Source: a virus (Duplodnaviria > Caudoviricetes). Taken from it: a stretch of DNA of 64,000 nucleotides. Of this stretch, positions 1 to 9,633 are shown in pieces. The DNA lies in the IMG/VR virus record IMGVR_UViG_3300031999_000006, positions 1 through 64,000 of that record. One strand, given 5' to 3'. How positions within the stretch are numbered: position 1 is the first letter of the stretch; each line of letters starts with the position of its first letter. The translations under genes were made by a program, and so were the position numbers. Under the pieces are notes generated by a model. The model was not told the DNA's origin, made no database searches, and saw only the letters and a list, made by a program, of their open reading frames with translations.

Positions 1-249
1 CTCTCGGGCGGTGGCACGATTGAACTTCTCATCGTTGAGGCGATCTTCCTGCTGTCTGGTCTGAACATTGTAAAAACTTTCCTTTGCCTCTTCGGTGATC
101 ATCTTCAAGAGTTGCTTTGACGCATAGGAAATCCTGAGGAACACGTTGGGGACATAAGGGTACTGAAACTCAACTACCTTCTCTGCCTTACCGGCTTTCT
201 GGATAGCTGAGATCAGCTCCTGAACCGTTGCTCTTTTTTCATCTGACAT
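1..249 (-). CDS. Putative tail assembly chaperone, truncated by window edge
   Basis: Not in the ORF track. Open frame MSDEKRATVQELISAIQK... from ATG at 249 to the edge, with AAGGAG RBS. Lies directly downstream of the tail tube gene; function inferred from position. Confidence 0.55.
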   Translation of the reverse strand, partial: MSDEKRATVQELISAIQKAGKAEKVVEFQYPYVPNVFLRISYASKQLLKMITEEAKESFYNVQTRQQEDRLNDEKFNRATARE

Positions 250-273
250 GATCAAACTCCTTTGTAAAATTGA

Positions 274-322
274 TAGGAGAGGAGAGGTCCGTCGGAAAGC
301 GCACAGACCCCTCCCATCCTTT
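274..322 (-). terminator. GC-rich hairpin after tail tube gene (terminator/attenuator-like)
   Basis: Minus-strand stem GGGAGGGGUCUGU/ACGGACCUCUCCU with G-U pairs; only a weak U-tract follows. Confidence 0.5.
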
Positions 323-328
323 TTCTCC

Positions 329-1492
329 TTACTTAAACGTCACCTTCATCTCGTCATTCAAAGTGGCCGAGGCGACCGCCTTGAACCCGATCTCCTGCTG
401 GAACTCTTCCGTCCCAGTGATCTTCGGGGCTTTGTACTCGGCGTACGGAATGCTGATCTCCATGATCTTGCCGGCAACATTGCCGACAGGGATAATCAAG
501 GCGTCCGTGATCCGATAGTCGGACCGATAGAAATAGCTAGGTCCCTGCTTGAGGAAGAAAACTGTGAGAGTTCCTTCCGCAAGTCTCTTCCCAGGCCGAC
601 CGAAACGCTCGGCCGTCCAGGCATCGTTCTTCTCATTGTCATAGTACTTGATGTTGTTGGTCAACGTCAAGACAGCCTGCGTCACGATGGCATTCTGCCC
701 CGTGATTGTGACGATGCCCAGTTTACCATGCTCCGGAACACCCACCTCGGCAACCGAGACGGGCCAGAACGGATAGATGGTAGGATTGACACCCTGGTTG
801 GTGACCAGCGAGGGGCTGATCGTAATGGTGTCGTTCGTGTAGTTGACTCCGGTCAACAGATATCCAGCCTGGGTATTGTGATCGGTGCCCACCGTCACGT
901 ACATACCAACGACGTATCTCTGGGCTCCCTTTGAAGGAAGTTGGATAGTCGTCTTACCAATTCCGCAGGTATCCAAGGCAGGCGTCTCACCAGCCCACAG
1001 GCGTTCCATAAACTTGCCCGACCACCGGATCGAAGCAATGGCATCGCCTGCAATCGTGAACTCCGCACTCTCGATCGTCGCACCACGCATGGCAAAGACG
1101 GTGTGTCCCTTCTTGCACCAGAAGGAAAGTGAGTCCAACTGATCCTGCAAAGTGTACTCAACCTTGACTCCCGGATCGGGTGTTTCAAGGCCCATAAGGC
1201 ACCGAAACAACTTGGCGTGCTCAGGAGCAGTACCCAATACACCAGAAGGCTTCACGTAGGTAGTGAAGCTAAAGTCTCCGGTAAGAAGTCTCGCCCGGAT
1301 GGAAGGAAGCTGTGATGCCGAGGCGCGGATCTGCATATCTTCCAAGAGTTCTCGCTCCTGGCCAAAGTCAACCGGACCAACTGTGTAGATCCGATCGGCG
1401 GTAGTGGGTTTCTTGAGCGTTCCGCAACTAGTCTCAAGGATGGCATAGGCCTCTTCCTGATTCGCATAAGCTAAATCACTTGCACAATTCAT
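329..1492 (-). CDS. Tail tube (major tail) protein
   Basis: 387 aa, beta-rich, with tube-like C-terminus (LTLTNN...GRPGKRLAEGTLTVFF...ISIP). Follows neck/terminator-like genes. Confidence 0.7.
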   Translation of the reverse strand: MNCASDLAYANQEEAYAILETSCGTLKKPTTADRIYTVGPVDFGQERELLEDMQIRASASQLPSIRARLLTGDFSFTTYVKPSGVLGTAPEHAKLFRCLMGLETPDPGVKVEYTLQDQLDSLSFWCKKGHTVFAMRGATIESAEFTIAGDAIASIRWSGKFMERLWAGETPALDTCGIGKTTIQLPSKGAQRYVVGMYVTVGTDHNTQAGYLLTGVNYTNDTITISPSLVTNQGVNPTIYPFWPVSVAEVGVPEHGKLGIVTITGQNAIVTQAVLTLTNNIKYYDNEKNDAWTAERFGRPGKRLAEGTLTVFFLKQGPSYFYRSDYRITDALIIPVGNVAGKIMEISIPYAEYKAPKITGTEEFQQEIGFKAVASATLNDEMKVTFK

Positions 1493-1546
1493 AGTCTATC
1501 TCCTTAGTTAATCATCTCGGAGGTTCTTGCCTCAAAGATTTCTGTC

Positions 1547-1975
1547 TTACGCATTTTTCAAATCCAGATAATACTTAAGACGTAACGATATATCAAAGTG
1601 AAAGAGCGGCATTTCGCCCTCCACCTTAGTAACATTGATCACCCAACAACCGGTAGCGGTTTCATTGAGGCGAAAGTTTGCTCCGATCTTATTCCGAATT
1701 GCCTGCACCAGAGCCTCATAGGTTGAAGTCGGGGTCTCACCCCAAGTGATGAACCAAACCCTGGCCTTCATATCGAGGAAGGCGATCTGCATCATGGAAG
1801 TCATCTCCTCATCAGGCGCCTCCTCTGGTTCCTGAAGTTCAAGCAAAGGAAGTCCAGCAGAGGCATACTTCGTTATGTCAATATCCCTGTAGGTTCGAAC
1901 CACTGTGGCAATCCCAGAGGTGGTAGCAAGGATGGACGCAAGGTTGCTTAAAACACTTCGCCTATTCAAAGACAT
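1547..1975 (-). CDS. Putative tail completion/terminator protein
   Basis: Start MSLNRR with AGGAGA RBS; 142 aa; immediately before tail tube. Confidence 0.5.
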   Translation of the reverse strand: MSLNRRSVLSNLASILATTSGIATVVRTYRDIDITKYASAGLPLLELQEPEEAPDEEMTSMMQIAFLDMKARVWFITWGETPTSTYEALVQAIRNKIGANFRLNETATGCWVINVTKVEGEMPLFHFDISLRLKYYLDLKNA

Positions 1976-1985
1976 TGTCTTCTCC

Positions 1986-2420
1986 TTACGTTGCCGAAAA
2001 GTAAATAACTTCAATAATGATGACAAAGACCCCAACCGGATGTCTAGCTCCCGAGTCCGTAGTGATTCTAGAGCAAGTGGCCGAGTATGCCTGGTTGCCG
2101 ATGGAAGGATCCGCATCAATCTTTGCGATGATCGCCTGGGCAAAAGTATTCATCTTTGTCCAGAGATTCTCGGCCGCTTCCGCCCTCGTCCACACAACCA
2201 CACCAATCTGGACTTTATTCTTAAAGACGTTGGAAAGGATCTTTTCCTTTTCCTCAACGACATCGTTCACAAAAGCTCCAGGCATTTTCTCAGGTCCGAT
2301 CCCAGTATCGTATGCCCTTTGATAGTCGACAAAAACCACTCCGGCAATTCCCGGCTTGATCAAGGCGGCGATGTTGGCAATAATTGTTGCCTTGACTCCG
2401 AATCCATAATAGTTTGCCAT
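1986..2420 (-). CDS. Putative tail completion/terminator protein
   Basis: 144 aa in neck cluster; size and pattern resemble the neighbouring gene. Confidence 0.5.
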   Translation of the reverse strand: MANYYGFGVKATIIANIAALIKPGIAGVVFVDYQRAYDTGIGPEKMPGAFVNDVVEEKEKILSNVFKNKVQIGVVVWTRAEAAENLWTKMNTFAQAIIAKIDADPSIGNQAYSATCSRITTDSGARHPVGVFVIIIEVIYFSAT

Positions 2421-2920
2421 TACTTCCTCCCCTCGCCCATGAGTTTGTCAATCTGAACAAAGGTCTGCTGAATGTAAGAGTCAAGTTTGCTCTGAAGATC
2501 GGCCTTCGTCTTGGTCGCCATCCAATAGGCGGGAGTACCTGGGTGCATGACTGTCTTCTTTGTATACACTTCATCCCCCTCATACGTAGTGAAGTGCAGG
2601 AACCCAAACTTGCCCACCGGTATCCTGTGGGGTCTGGTGCCCTCTTCAAACCAAACTAGCACATCCTTATTCTTATAGGTGTTACGAATGATGAACGAGG
2701 TCACTGTCGCCCGTACTGAATAGTCCAGGCCCCACATGCCGGCGAGATCCGTACCCGTATGCGTCTCTGGAGTCAACTGACGGATACGCATGAGACCATA
2801 CTCCGCAATTGCGAACCAGGTCCGTTTCATATAAGGCAGGACCTCATTCTTGAGGATGCCGAACCGCTTGCCCAGCATCTCCCAATCAATTGTGAAGTTA
2901 ACGAAGTCAGTTTGCGTCAT
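2420..2920 (-). CDS. HK97 gp10-like neck/tail completion protein
   Basis: TP...G.L...W and EEGTRPH...VMHPGT motifs typical of gp10-like proteins. Confidence 0.65.
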   Translation of the reverse strand: MTQTDFVNFTIDWEMLGKRFGILKNEVLPYMKRTWFAIAEYGLMRIRQLTPETHTGTDLAGMWGLDYSVRATVTSFIIRNTYKNKDVLVWFEEGTRPHRIPVGKFGFLHFTTYEGDEVYTKKTVMHPGTPAYWMATKTKADLQSKLDSYIQQTFVQIDKLMGEGRK

Positions 2921-2928
2921 AGTTTACC

Positions 2929-3612
2929 TTATAGTCCGTATAGCATTTGCTTCAATTTGAGCGTTTCAAAAAACTCTTCCTTCACCGAGTCAGCATAACC
3001 TTTCAGAGCACTGGCTGGGTAATCCACTCGCCCACCATCACGCATGATGCCACCTTCCGTACTACGTCTCAGGAAAACGATCTGCAGGCATTTCCAAACC
3101 GTGCCCGTGACCAAGAGTTCCTCAAACTCCGTTGGAGTTGCAGAGACCGTCCAGCCGGCGGATTCGATACTAATATACCAATAGATCTCTCCAGCTTGCT
3201 CAGGTACCGGATCAATCTTGAGTTTTCGTTCAATAGGATTGAAGTCAAACCGGAGGTTGGGAAGGGCCCGGCGTCTTCGCATCATCTTGATCATCCACAA
3301 CGAGGGGAAGAGATAGTCTTCGTTAGCCTGAGTTTCGTCGATCAAATAACTGCCCAACTTCATGCGATCGTCGGCCGAGACCTCTTCGTTAGAGATTAGC
3401 GCCTGTACGCGAATGGTAGAGGCGTTAACATCGTAGTCCCTTTGATAGGCAACTGAGGTGATCTTCCGAGGAACCTTTTTAGGAAGTGCGGCGGAGATCT
3501 TCTGGAGAATGTAGCCTGCCTCACGAAGGATATCAGGGTCAGTAATATCTGTGGTATTACTGACTTTTCCTAACTCTGTACGTACTGCAGAAACTAACGA
3601 AGTTTCGTCCAT
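2929..3612 (-). CDS. Putative head-tail adaptor protein
   Basis: 227 aa; N-terminal VRTELG...DI helix and IDPVP motif; first gene of neck cluster. Confidence 0.55.
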   Translation of the reverse strand: MDETSLVSAVRTELGKVSNTTDITDPDILREAGYILQKISAALPKKVPRKITSVAYQRDYDVNASTIRVQALISNEEVSADDRMKLGSYLIDETQANEDYLFPSLWMIKMMRRRRALPNLRFDFNPIERKLKIDPVPEQAGEIYWYISIESAGWTVSATPTEFEELLVTGTVWKCLQIVFLRRSTEGGIMRDGGRVDYPASALKGYADSVKEEFFETLKLKQMLYGL

Positions 3613-3623
3613 GGCACTATCTC

Positions 3624-3947
3624 CTATGCATCTATCCCAAATACCGGTAGTACTTTCAGAATGAAGGTATCACCGCGTCCTTTCCATCCAGTAACCTCTC
3701 CGTAAGGTTGGATGTAATAGTGACCAGGAGCATCAACCTCTCCTGCTACAGTGACGTGGACTAGCAACTTTTCATTTCCAACACCAGACTTAGTAACGGC
3801 AGTCCAAGTCTTTAGCTCATCTCCAGAACCATCCGCCTTAGGTTTCTTCACAAGGAACTTGAATCCAGAGAATCCTACCAAGCTCTCCTGCATGTCAACC
3901 TCAATGGTAGTTCCAACATCACCAATATAAATCTTCTCGTCAGCCAT
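3624..3947 (-). CDS. Small Ig-like virion protein (BppU N-terminal-like)
   Basis: GDVGTTIEV...KKP...PGHYYIQ...LKV pattern. Confidence 0.45.
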   Translation of the reverse strand: MADEKIYIGDVGTTIEVDMQESLVGFSGFKFLVKKPKADGSGDELKTWTAVTKSGVGNEKLLVHVTVAGEVDAPGHYYIQPYGEVTGWKGRGDTFILKVLPVFGIDA

Positions 3948-3949
3948 AA

Positions 3950-4117
3950 TTACACCTCAGATTCTTCTGTTTCCCACTTAGATTGAAAGTGAGCAACAGG
4001 TCGGAGTTTGGAAATTCGTTGTATAGGTTCTCTACGAAATCTCGACTGAAACAATCCTCTCCACCGTAGTTTGGACACCAACTGTAGCATCGGTTTGAAG
4101 TGCGATTTATATCCCAT
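3950..4117 (-). CDS. Small basic hypothetical protein with FQSK/R repeats
   Basis: Start MGYKSHF with AGGAG RBS; 55 aa. Confidence 0.5.
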   Translation of the reverse strand: MGYKSHFKPMLQLVSKLRWRGLFQSRFRREPIQRISKLRPVAHFQSKWETEESEV

Positions 4118-4277
4118 CGACGAATCTCCTAAACTTAGATTGGAATGGCAGAGTCCCCGTAAACTTTGAAACAAATTGAAGTAGTTCAGTACGAATAGAT
4201 GCTATCTTTCCAAGCATGAGTCCTCGAGTCACAACTAGATTAAGATGACCATAACCCCTTAAAATTAAATCGTTCAT
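4107..4277 (-). CDS. Small hypothetical protein (56 aa)
   Basis: Not in ORF track. MNDLILRGYGHL...FVSKF...FQSKF; ATGA overlap with the upstream stop. Confidence 0.55.
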   Translation of the reverse strand: MNDLILRGYGHLNLVVTRGLMLGKIASIRTELLQFVSKFTGTLPFQSKFRRFVDGI

Positions 4278-5275
4278 AACACCCTCGTCCTCATTATAGC
4301 ATTACCACTAGCATCTTTTGTAATATCGAATCTCATAAGTTCGACGGAATCTTCCCCAGAATAAAAAATCATCTGTGACCCTTTAATCTCCCATTTCCCA
4401 CTTTCAACTTCTCTGATAAACTTCGTATCAACTGCGATACTTTGAATCTTATCTGTCTCAATCTTTACAAGATCAATCTCACCAGTAAGTTCCTGAATCT
4501 TGCCCACCTCATCAGCAATACTGTGCTGAATCTTGTCTGTTTCATAAGCAACAATTTCCTGAAGTGCAACAACCTTATTAGCAATACCCTGAATCTTATT
4601 TGTCTCAGGCTTGATCAGACCGGCAATTTCAACGATATCTTGAATCTTATCCGTCTCAGGCTTAATAATCTGGATTTTATCTACTTCGGTCTTTACAAGG
4701 TCAACAGTATTGACAAGACCTGATATCTTATCTGTCTCAATCTTTACAAGATCAATCTCATCGGCAACTTCTTGAATCTTATCCGTTTCAGATTTGATCA
4801 GAACAACATCACTAGTAACATCTGTGACTTTGTCCTTCACAAGATTAACTTCATTGACGAGATCCTGAACTTTGTCCGTCTCAATCTTTACAAGACTAAC
4901 ATCCTCAACGATATCTTGAATCTTATCCGTCTCGGTCCTCATAAGACCAACTTCATCAACGACATCCTGGTTGCTTTTTGAATCCAAAACAAATATGCCT
5001 ATCCTTGCCTTTGCCGAAACGGAGTTTACAGTTGCAGACGCAATAACATTGTAAGTTCTTCCTACTCCAAACCCATTACCAATAGTTGCCTCTATACTGA
5101 CTCTGTAGTCCCCGGTTTGTCCAGTTCTCTTTATTACAACTGGTGTAAGGATGGGAATGTCAATGTTGTTATCAAAAACCTCACAGATAGGTAGGAGATC
5201 CGCATCTTGAACCATCCCGGTAGATGGATTGTGTGTCGTAAAATCAAGTGTGATCATATCTCCAAGTTTTCTCAT
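4274..5275 (-). CDS. Putative virion fibre/structural protein with ETDKIQ coiled-coil repeats
   Basis: Ig-like N-terminus followed by repeated (LVK.)ETDKIQ units. Confidence 0.55.
   Translation of the reverse strand: MRKLGDMITLDFTTHNPSTGMVQDADLLPICEVFDNNIDIPILTPVVIKRTGQTGDYRVSIEATIGNGFGVGRTYNVIASATVNSVSAKARIGIFVLDSKSNQDVVDEVGLMRTETDKIQDIVEDVSLVKIETDKVQDLVNEVNLVKDKVTDVTSDVVLIKSETDKIQEVADEIDLVKIETDKISGLVNTVDLVKTEVDKIQIIKPETDKIQDIVEIAGLIKPETNKIQGIANKVVALQEIVAYETDKIQHSIADEVGKIQELTGEIDLVKIETDKIQSIAVDTKFIREVESGKWEIKGSQMIFYSGEDSVELMRFDITKDASGNAIMRTRVL
4440..4940 (-). repeat. Imperfect tandem coding repeats (V..V.LVKIETDKIQ)
   Basis: Recurrent tgaatcttatc(c/t)gtctca and tctcaatctttacaaga DNA units. 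Confidence 0.75.
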
Positions 5276-7407
5276 TACCCTTCCTCACCCTTGACTTGAA
5301 TAACATGACTTCCTCCAAATATAGGAAATGCCATCAAACGAGACCGATATAGCAGAGATCGTTCATAAATAGTATCTTGTCCTTGTAGTATTCTCTGTGC
5401 CAGCAATGACAGAATAACCTCCTCGGTTGACAATATTCTCTTTGCCAGTAATACCAGAAGCATATCCTCTGATAAAATTGGAATGTGAAGAAAACTTGCT
5501 AAAGAAGTTATCAAATCCTCAGACGAAATTGGAATGTGGAGAGTTTCTGATAAAGCAAGTACCAACTCTTCAACCGACCGGAATTTCTTTGTTAAGACTT
5601 TAAGTAACTCCTCAGACGAAATTGGAATGTGAAAGTATTTAGATAGAACCACAAGTAAATCTTCAGAAGAAGTGGGAAGATGTAGAGAACCAAGTAGAGT
5701 CACTAACGCATCTTCAACATTCAAAGGATGTTGTGCTAGAAGATAAATAACATCGTCCAACGTCCGTGCCTTCTCAGGAACGGAACTTTCAATATCCTCA
5801 GCAATAAACGTTGTTACTCCACTACCAGTCTCCTCTGTGCCCCACACTCCGTGAGCAGGTTCAGGAGAAACAAACTTTGTATAAAAAATCGAGTCCCAGT
5901 AAGCCACCGCCTGGGAGGTGCCCGCCACAATAAGAAAAGTTACAGGATTCCAAACTCCCATACCCGTAACTGGCATGATGTTTCCATCAATAATGAATTG
6001 TTTAAGACCCAACGAACTTCTTGTTATAAACTCATGCCATCCAATCGTTCTGGGAATACCGCTTTTATAATCAACACCCAGCAATCGGTACTCATACTGG
6101 TCACCATCAGTAATTAATCCAATAAAAGATGTCTCGACCTCCCCAGCGTCAATACTAAAAACAGCATACTCAGGCACCGGTAACATTTCATCATAAAGAT
6201 GAACATGAACGGCAATGTTATCATAAGGAAGTTGGTTATGAGACATAAGGGTGGCTATAGGTATCTTCGCACCTTTAGTACCAGAATAAGCATGATCAAA
6301 AGAGGGCACAGGTGCTCCGATTATTCCGGTAATCCAAGCTGGCATAGGCCCCCCAGCTGTGGCTAGCCATAAGTTTCGTTCAGGATGCCCAGAGACATCA
6401 ACAACACTACCTCCCGAACCCTCGTCAAGAGGCCAGTGAGCATAGACTGTACCACTCAGTATATCTTCGGTACCCTCTCCATTATTATAACGAGCAACAA
6501 CGTCTGCTGGTGTCAAGATCGAAGTATAAACTACAAGCTCATCCATATCTCCAGTAAAGTAATAGAAACCACCGTACGTGGCCACATTGAATCTTGAGGG
6601 ATTACTGATTGTATCGTTTAGAGTATCTACTAAAGTGGTGAAGGGTTCTTCTGTTCCATCCAAGTAAATATGTATACCAGACGCCTGTCGTGAACCATCA
6701 TAGGAGGCAACCAGATGATGCCAATTTCCGTCGTTGATGGTTCGAACATTCGTCTCAATCTGTATATCACTTGAGGGAGTACGATTACTTCTCAATTCAT
6801 ATCCAATGTGATTGTTTATGACAAACAAGCAGTAACCACGTCCATTTCCGTCCAAGTTCATTCTCGTTATTAGTGGTTGTTCACCCGTACCAGAAGTTCT
6901 GAACCAGCACTCTAATGTAAAGGGACTGAGACCATCGAAGTCAGCGATCGTTCCAAACCCTAAAGGGGAACCTAAATTATTAGAACCTGAGAAACGCAGG
7001 CCAGTTAGTCCGAAACAAGACCATCTATTTAGATTAGTCTCAAAGTCGTCAAAGAAAATGAAAGTAGCATCTCCGTTGGACGCCGATAGGGCACTCGCAT
7101 TTCCGTAGTAGATATAAATCTTCTTATCATACGTGCTTAAATCATCGGATACTTTAACCCAGAAAATAGCATAGTTCCCATCGACCTTCTTATCCAACCA
7201 ATGATCAAGCAGAAAAGCTCCACTACTATTTGTAAATCTTATGTCTCCGAAATTTGCTTTACATTTACCAGAGAGATAAATATCTTCACCACTATCAGTT
7301 CCCGCACTAAAGTGCACCACTATTCTTTTCTGGTAATTCTGCCCAGCACCAGCAGAGGGAGTAATGGTGTGACTCTTTCTGTATGTCCAACCCGTTACCC
7401 AACCCAT
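5275..7407 (-). CDS. DUF2341 + LamG/concanavalin-A-like virion adhesin with C-terminal repeats
   Basis: W.YRK.I, DIRFT, WVKV, IYIYYGN (DUF2341); FTLECW, DGNWHHLVASYDG, IYLDG, FTGDMDEL (LamG); HIPISSEELL repeats. Confidence 0.8.
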   Translation of the reverse strand: MGWVTGWTYRKSHTITPSAGAGQNYQKRIVVHFSAGTDSGEDIYLSGKCKANFGDIRFTNSSGAFLLDHWLDKKVDGNYAIFWVKVSDDLSTYDKKIYIYYGNASALSASNGDATFIFFDDFETNLNRWSCFGLTGLRFSGSNNLGSPLGFGTIADFDGLSPFTLECWFRTSGTGEQPLITRMNLDGNGRGYCLFVINNHIGYELRSNRTPSSDIQIETNVRTINDGNWHHLVASYDGSRQASGIHIYLDGTEEPFTTLVDTLNDTISNPSRFNVATYGGFYYFTGDMDELVVYTSILTPADVVARYNNGEGTEDILSGTVYAHWPLDEGSGGSVVDVSGHPERNLWLATAGGPMPAWITGIIGAPVPSFDHAYSGTKGAKIPIATLMSHNQLPYDNIAVHVHLYDEMLPVPEYAVFSIDAGEVETSFIGLITDGDQYEYRLLGVDYKSGIPRTIGWHEFITRSSLGLKQFIIDGNIMPVTGMGVWNPVTFLIVAGTSQAVAYWDSIFYTKFVSPEPAHGVWGTEETGSGVTTFIAEDIESSVPEKARTLDDVIYLLAQHPLNVEDALVTLLGSLHLPTSSEDLLVVLSKYFHIPISSEELLKVLTKKFRSVEELVLALSETLHIPISSEDLITSLASFLHIPILSEDMLLVLLAKRILSTEEVILSLLAQRILQGQDTIYERSLLYRSRLMAFPIFGGSHVIQVKGEEG

Positions 7408-7412
7408 TTTAG

Positions 7413-7565
7413 TTACTCCGGTTGTGTTCCAGTTTCAGATAGTGACATCATATATTGATCATAGCACGTCTGGCAAAGAACCTTTTTCGAACCAGCAGGA
7501 ATATCGTAATAGATTTTTTCCTGAGCTTCAAGTTTCTTTCCACAGGCACTACAGTTCTCTTCCAT
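7413..7565 (-). CDS. Small zinc-ribbon protein (50 aa)
   Basis: Not in ORF track. MEENCSACGKK...LCQTCY (CxxC...CxxC); fills the intergenic gap. Confidence 0.65.
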   Translation of the reverse strand: MEENCSACGKKLEAQEKIYYDIPAGSKKVLCQTCYDQYMMSLSETGTQPE

Positions 7566-7566
7566 C

Positions 7567-8499
7567 TTACAATCTCCTTACCCAGTAAGTAAGTATTTCA
7601 TCAACCCCCTTCGCAGAGGGAGCCACAATGGCGTTGAAGTTCGAAGATTTGTTTGTCATCATAATTGTATGGGGAGGGGTCAACGTGGGATAAAGACATC
7701 TGTAATAATAATCTGTCCCACCAATGTTTAGAATGCACTCGTCATTGTAAACCTCAACACCCTGACTCTTACTACAAAGAAGATAAGGTATCCCGGTTAT
7801 CGGATCTTCAAACGATCCCAAGATTGCCGCCGAGTTAATCACATCCGCTATTGCCACTCCACCTCTGAAAAGATACAATCTAGAAAGTCTGGCTTTATTA
7901 TCGAATCCCCACACTCCAAGACCACCGGATTGCAATCCCTTAAAGTAGGCCAGTGCATCAGCGGCATAGATAAGTCTTGCATTACAACGATACGCAGATG
8001 CGGCGGGCATCATATCCAATCCAACCAAGCGATTAACTCCGTCAAAACCCTTGGTCACACAGAAGAAAATTGGGAAAGTGGTAGCCCCAGTAATAGAGGG
8101 ATCTGGCTTCACATTACCAATGATACAGTTAGCATCCATCCAACCTTCAAAGGTAAAATCTCTAGCAAGATCATTCTCAGTTCGTCCGGCCCAATAGATA
8201 GGATTCCCCCATCCCACCCATCCCAAACCTATTCCAGCATGTGAACCAGCGTCATAGGATTCCCTTACCGCCGGCTCAAAGATAGTATACTGGAAGCCTG
8301 TGACACTTAACTCAGTATAGATTCTGATAGCCGCAAGGTAGGCCAGTCTTCCTAGACAAACATTGTTTGAGTTGACGGGCTTAATCCAGTCATATCCTGC
8401 CTCACTCCTGACCCAACCATTAGCAACAGCGTTATCGGCAAGTTTAGTAGCGAAAAGATTTCCTGCACATGAAAACGTTACAAAATTACCGTTGGGCAT
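7567..8499 (-). CDS. Hypothetical virion-associated protein
   Basis: 310 aa, Gly/aromatic-rich, within structural region. Confidence 0.45.
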   Translation of the reverse strand: MPNGNFVTFSCAGNLFATKLADNAVANGWVRSEAGYDWIKPVNSNNVCLGRLAYLAAIRIYTELSVTGFQYTIFEPAVRESYDAGSHAGIGLGWVGWGNPIYWAGRTENDLARDFTFEGWMDANCIIGNVKPDPSITGATTFPIFFCVTKGFDGVNRLVGLDMMPAASAYRCNARLIYAADALAYFKGLQSGGLGVWGFDNKARLSRLYLFRGGVAIADVINSAAILGSFEDPITGIPYLLCSKSQGVEVYNDECILNIGGTDYYYRCLYPTLTPPHTIMMTNKSSNFNAIVAPSAKGVDEILTYWVRRL

Positions 8500-8651
8500 T
8501 TCTTATTCCCCTTCATCGAAACCATCAAAAGTTCCTTTTCCATCATGGGAAAAAGAACATGCTCGTATCCATAAAAATCTCTAATCACTACATCGACGTC
8601 TTTGTGGTTAGTGATCTTGGTCCGTTTTACTTCCAACTGTTCGGTTTGCAT
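8478..8651 (-). CDS. Hypothetical protein (57 aa)
   Basis: Likely start MQTEQLEV just after the upstream stop. Confidence 0.45.
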   Translation of the reverse strand: MQTEQLEVKRTKITNHKDVDVVIRDFYGYEHVLFPMMEKELLMVSMKGNKKCPTVIL

Positions 8652-8653
8652 AG

Positions 8654-8902
8654 TTAGACCTTCCCGTACTGTTTCATCTGCGGAACCACTGGAGGTTCCT
8701 TTCTCTTGAGAACGATGTCTGAGATCAGTTCGTCGAACTCTTGAATGAGTGCGTTCCTTTGGAGATTCAACTTGCTGATCTTCCTCTTTGCTTCGGCCAC
8801 GATGTGATCGTCGGCCCCAGGGGTCTGGGCGATGTCTTCCTGGTTCCACAACTTGTGGTCGACCGTGAAGAGTTTGTCTATCAGACTGCCTGGCGTTTCC
8901 AT
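8654..8902 (-). CDS. DUF4254-like helical protein
   Basis: GSLIDKL...LWNQED...KRKISKLNLQRNALIQEFD motif. Confidence 0.6.
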   Translation of the reverse strand: METPGSLIDKLFTVDHKLWNQEDIAQTPGADDHIVAEAKRKISKLNLQRNALIQEFDELISDIVLKRKEPPVVPQMKQYGKV

Positions 8903-8921
8903 CTTACAGACTCCTGGGATG

Positions 8922-9101
8922 CTATTTTCCGAGGTTGTCGATCTTTTTGTTCAGGAGGATCATGGCGACGGTCATACCGATCGTGCCGAGGATCCCAAAG
9001 AGATGGACGTACACGAATAGCGCATAGGCAACGTACACGAACCACCACCGCAGTTTGATCGCCTTTAGGAAAGTAACGATCCCACTAAAAAAGTTTTTCA
9101 T
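8922..9101 (-). CDS. Small membrane protein (59 aa)
   Basis: Not in ORF track. AAGGAGG RBS; MKNFFSGIV...WWFVYVAYALFVYVHLFGILGTIGMTVAMILL hydrophobic stretch. Confidence 0.7.
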   Translation of the reverse strand: MKNFFSGIVTFLKAIKLRWWFVYVAYALFVYVHLFGILGTIGMTVAMILLNKKIDNLGK

Positions 9102-9111
9102 AACTTCCTCC

Positions 9112-9633
9112 TTATGATTTACGATACCAAGCCATCACCCAAGACCATGGATTATGCTTCTTACCAAAGCTAATCGCGTACCATCCTATTCGATGGAAGT
9201 CTTCTGGGGTGAGTGCCTGGTGATGAATCTCAAACTGGTTACCTTCAAGTGCCCCTTGTGGATAGTTCCCGTAGGGGCAAGCCACCACCACAAGATGGTT
9301 GGTATATTTTGTTAATCCTTGAAGTGTCGATTCAAACTCATCCTTGGTCACGTGTTCAGGACCATGCCACCAGCAGACCACGTCATAGGTCCGATTGATG
9401 ACTTCGTTCAACTTTCGTACATCTCCAAGGATGAAGTTATCAAATACTCCAATGTGTGTCTTGATCAAAGAGTCCAAGTTGGGTGACCAAACTTCTACAA
9501 GGTCAATCACCGCCCCATGATCCTTGAACTCTTTTGTCAGGATCTGCCTTGCTGGGGAGGCTCCTATATACAAGACCGTCTTATACGAGAAGACATCTTC
9601 TATAAACCCCTCTAGAAACTGTGCTTCAGTCAT
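9112..9633 (-). CDS. SAM-dependent methyltransferase-like protein
   Basis: VLYIGA motif I variant, GDV, YDVVCWWHGPEH. Confidence 0.65.
   Translation of the reverse strand: MTEAQFLEGFIEDVFSYKTVLYIGASPARQILTKEFKDHGAVIDLVEVWSPNLDSLIKTHIGVFDNFILGDVRKLNEVINRTYDVVCWWHGPEHVTKDEFESTLQGLTKYTNHLVVVACPYGNYPQGALEGNQFEIHHQALTPEDFHRIGWYAISFGKKHNPWSWVMAWYRKS

Noticed and set aside
4440-5640. Direct repeats as a possible CRISPR array or DGR template/variable repeats
   Set aside because: Repeats are in-frame, degenerate coding repeats; no cas or reverse transcriptase gene is present.
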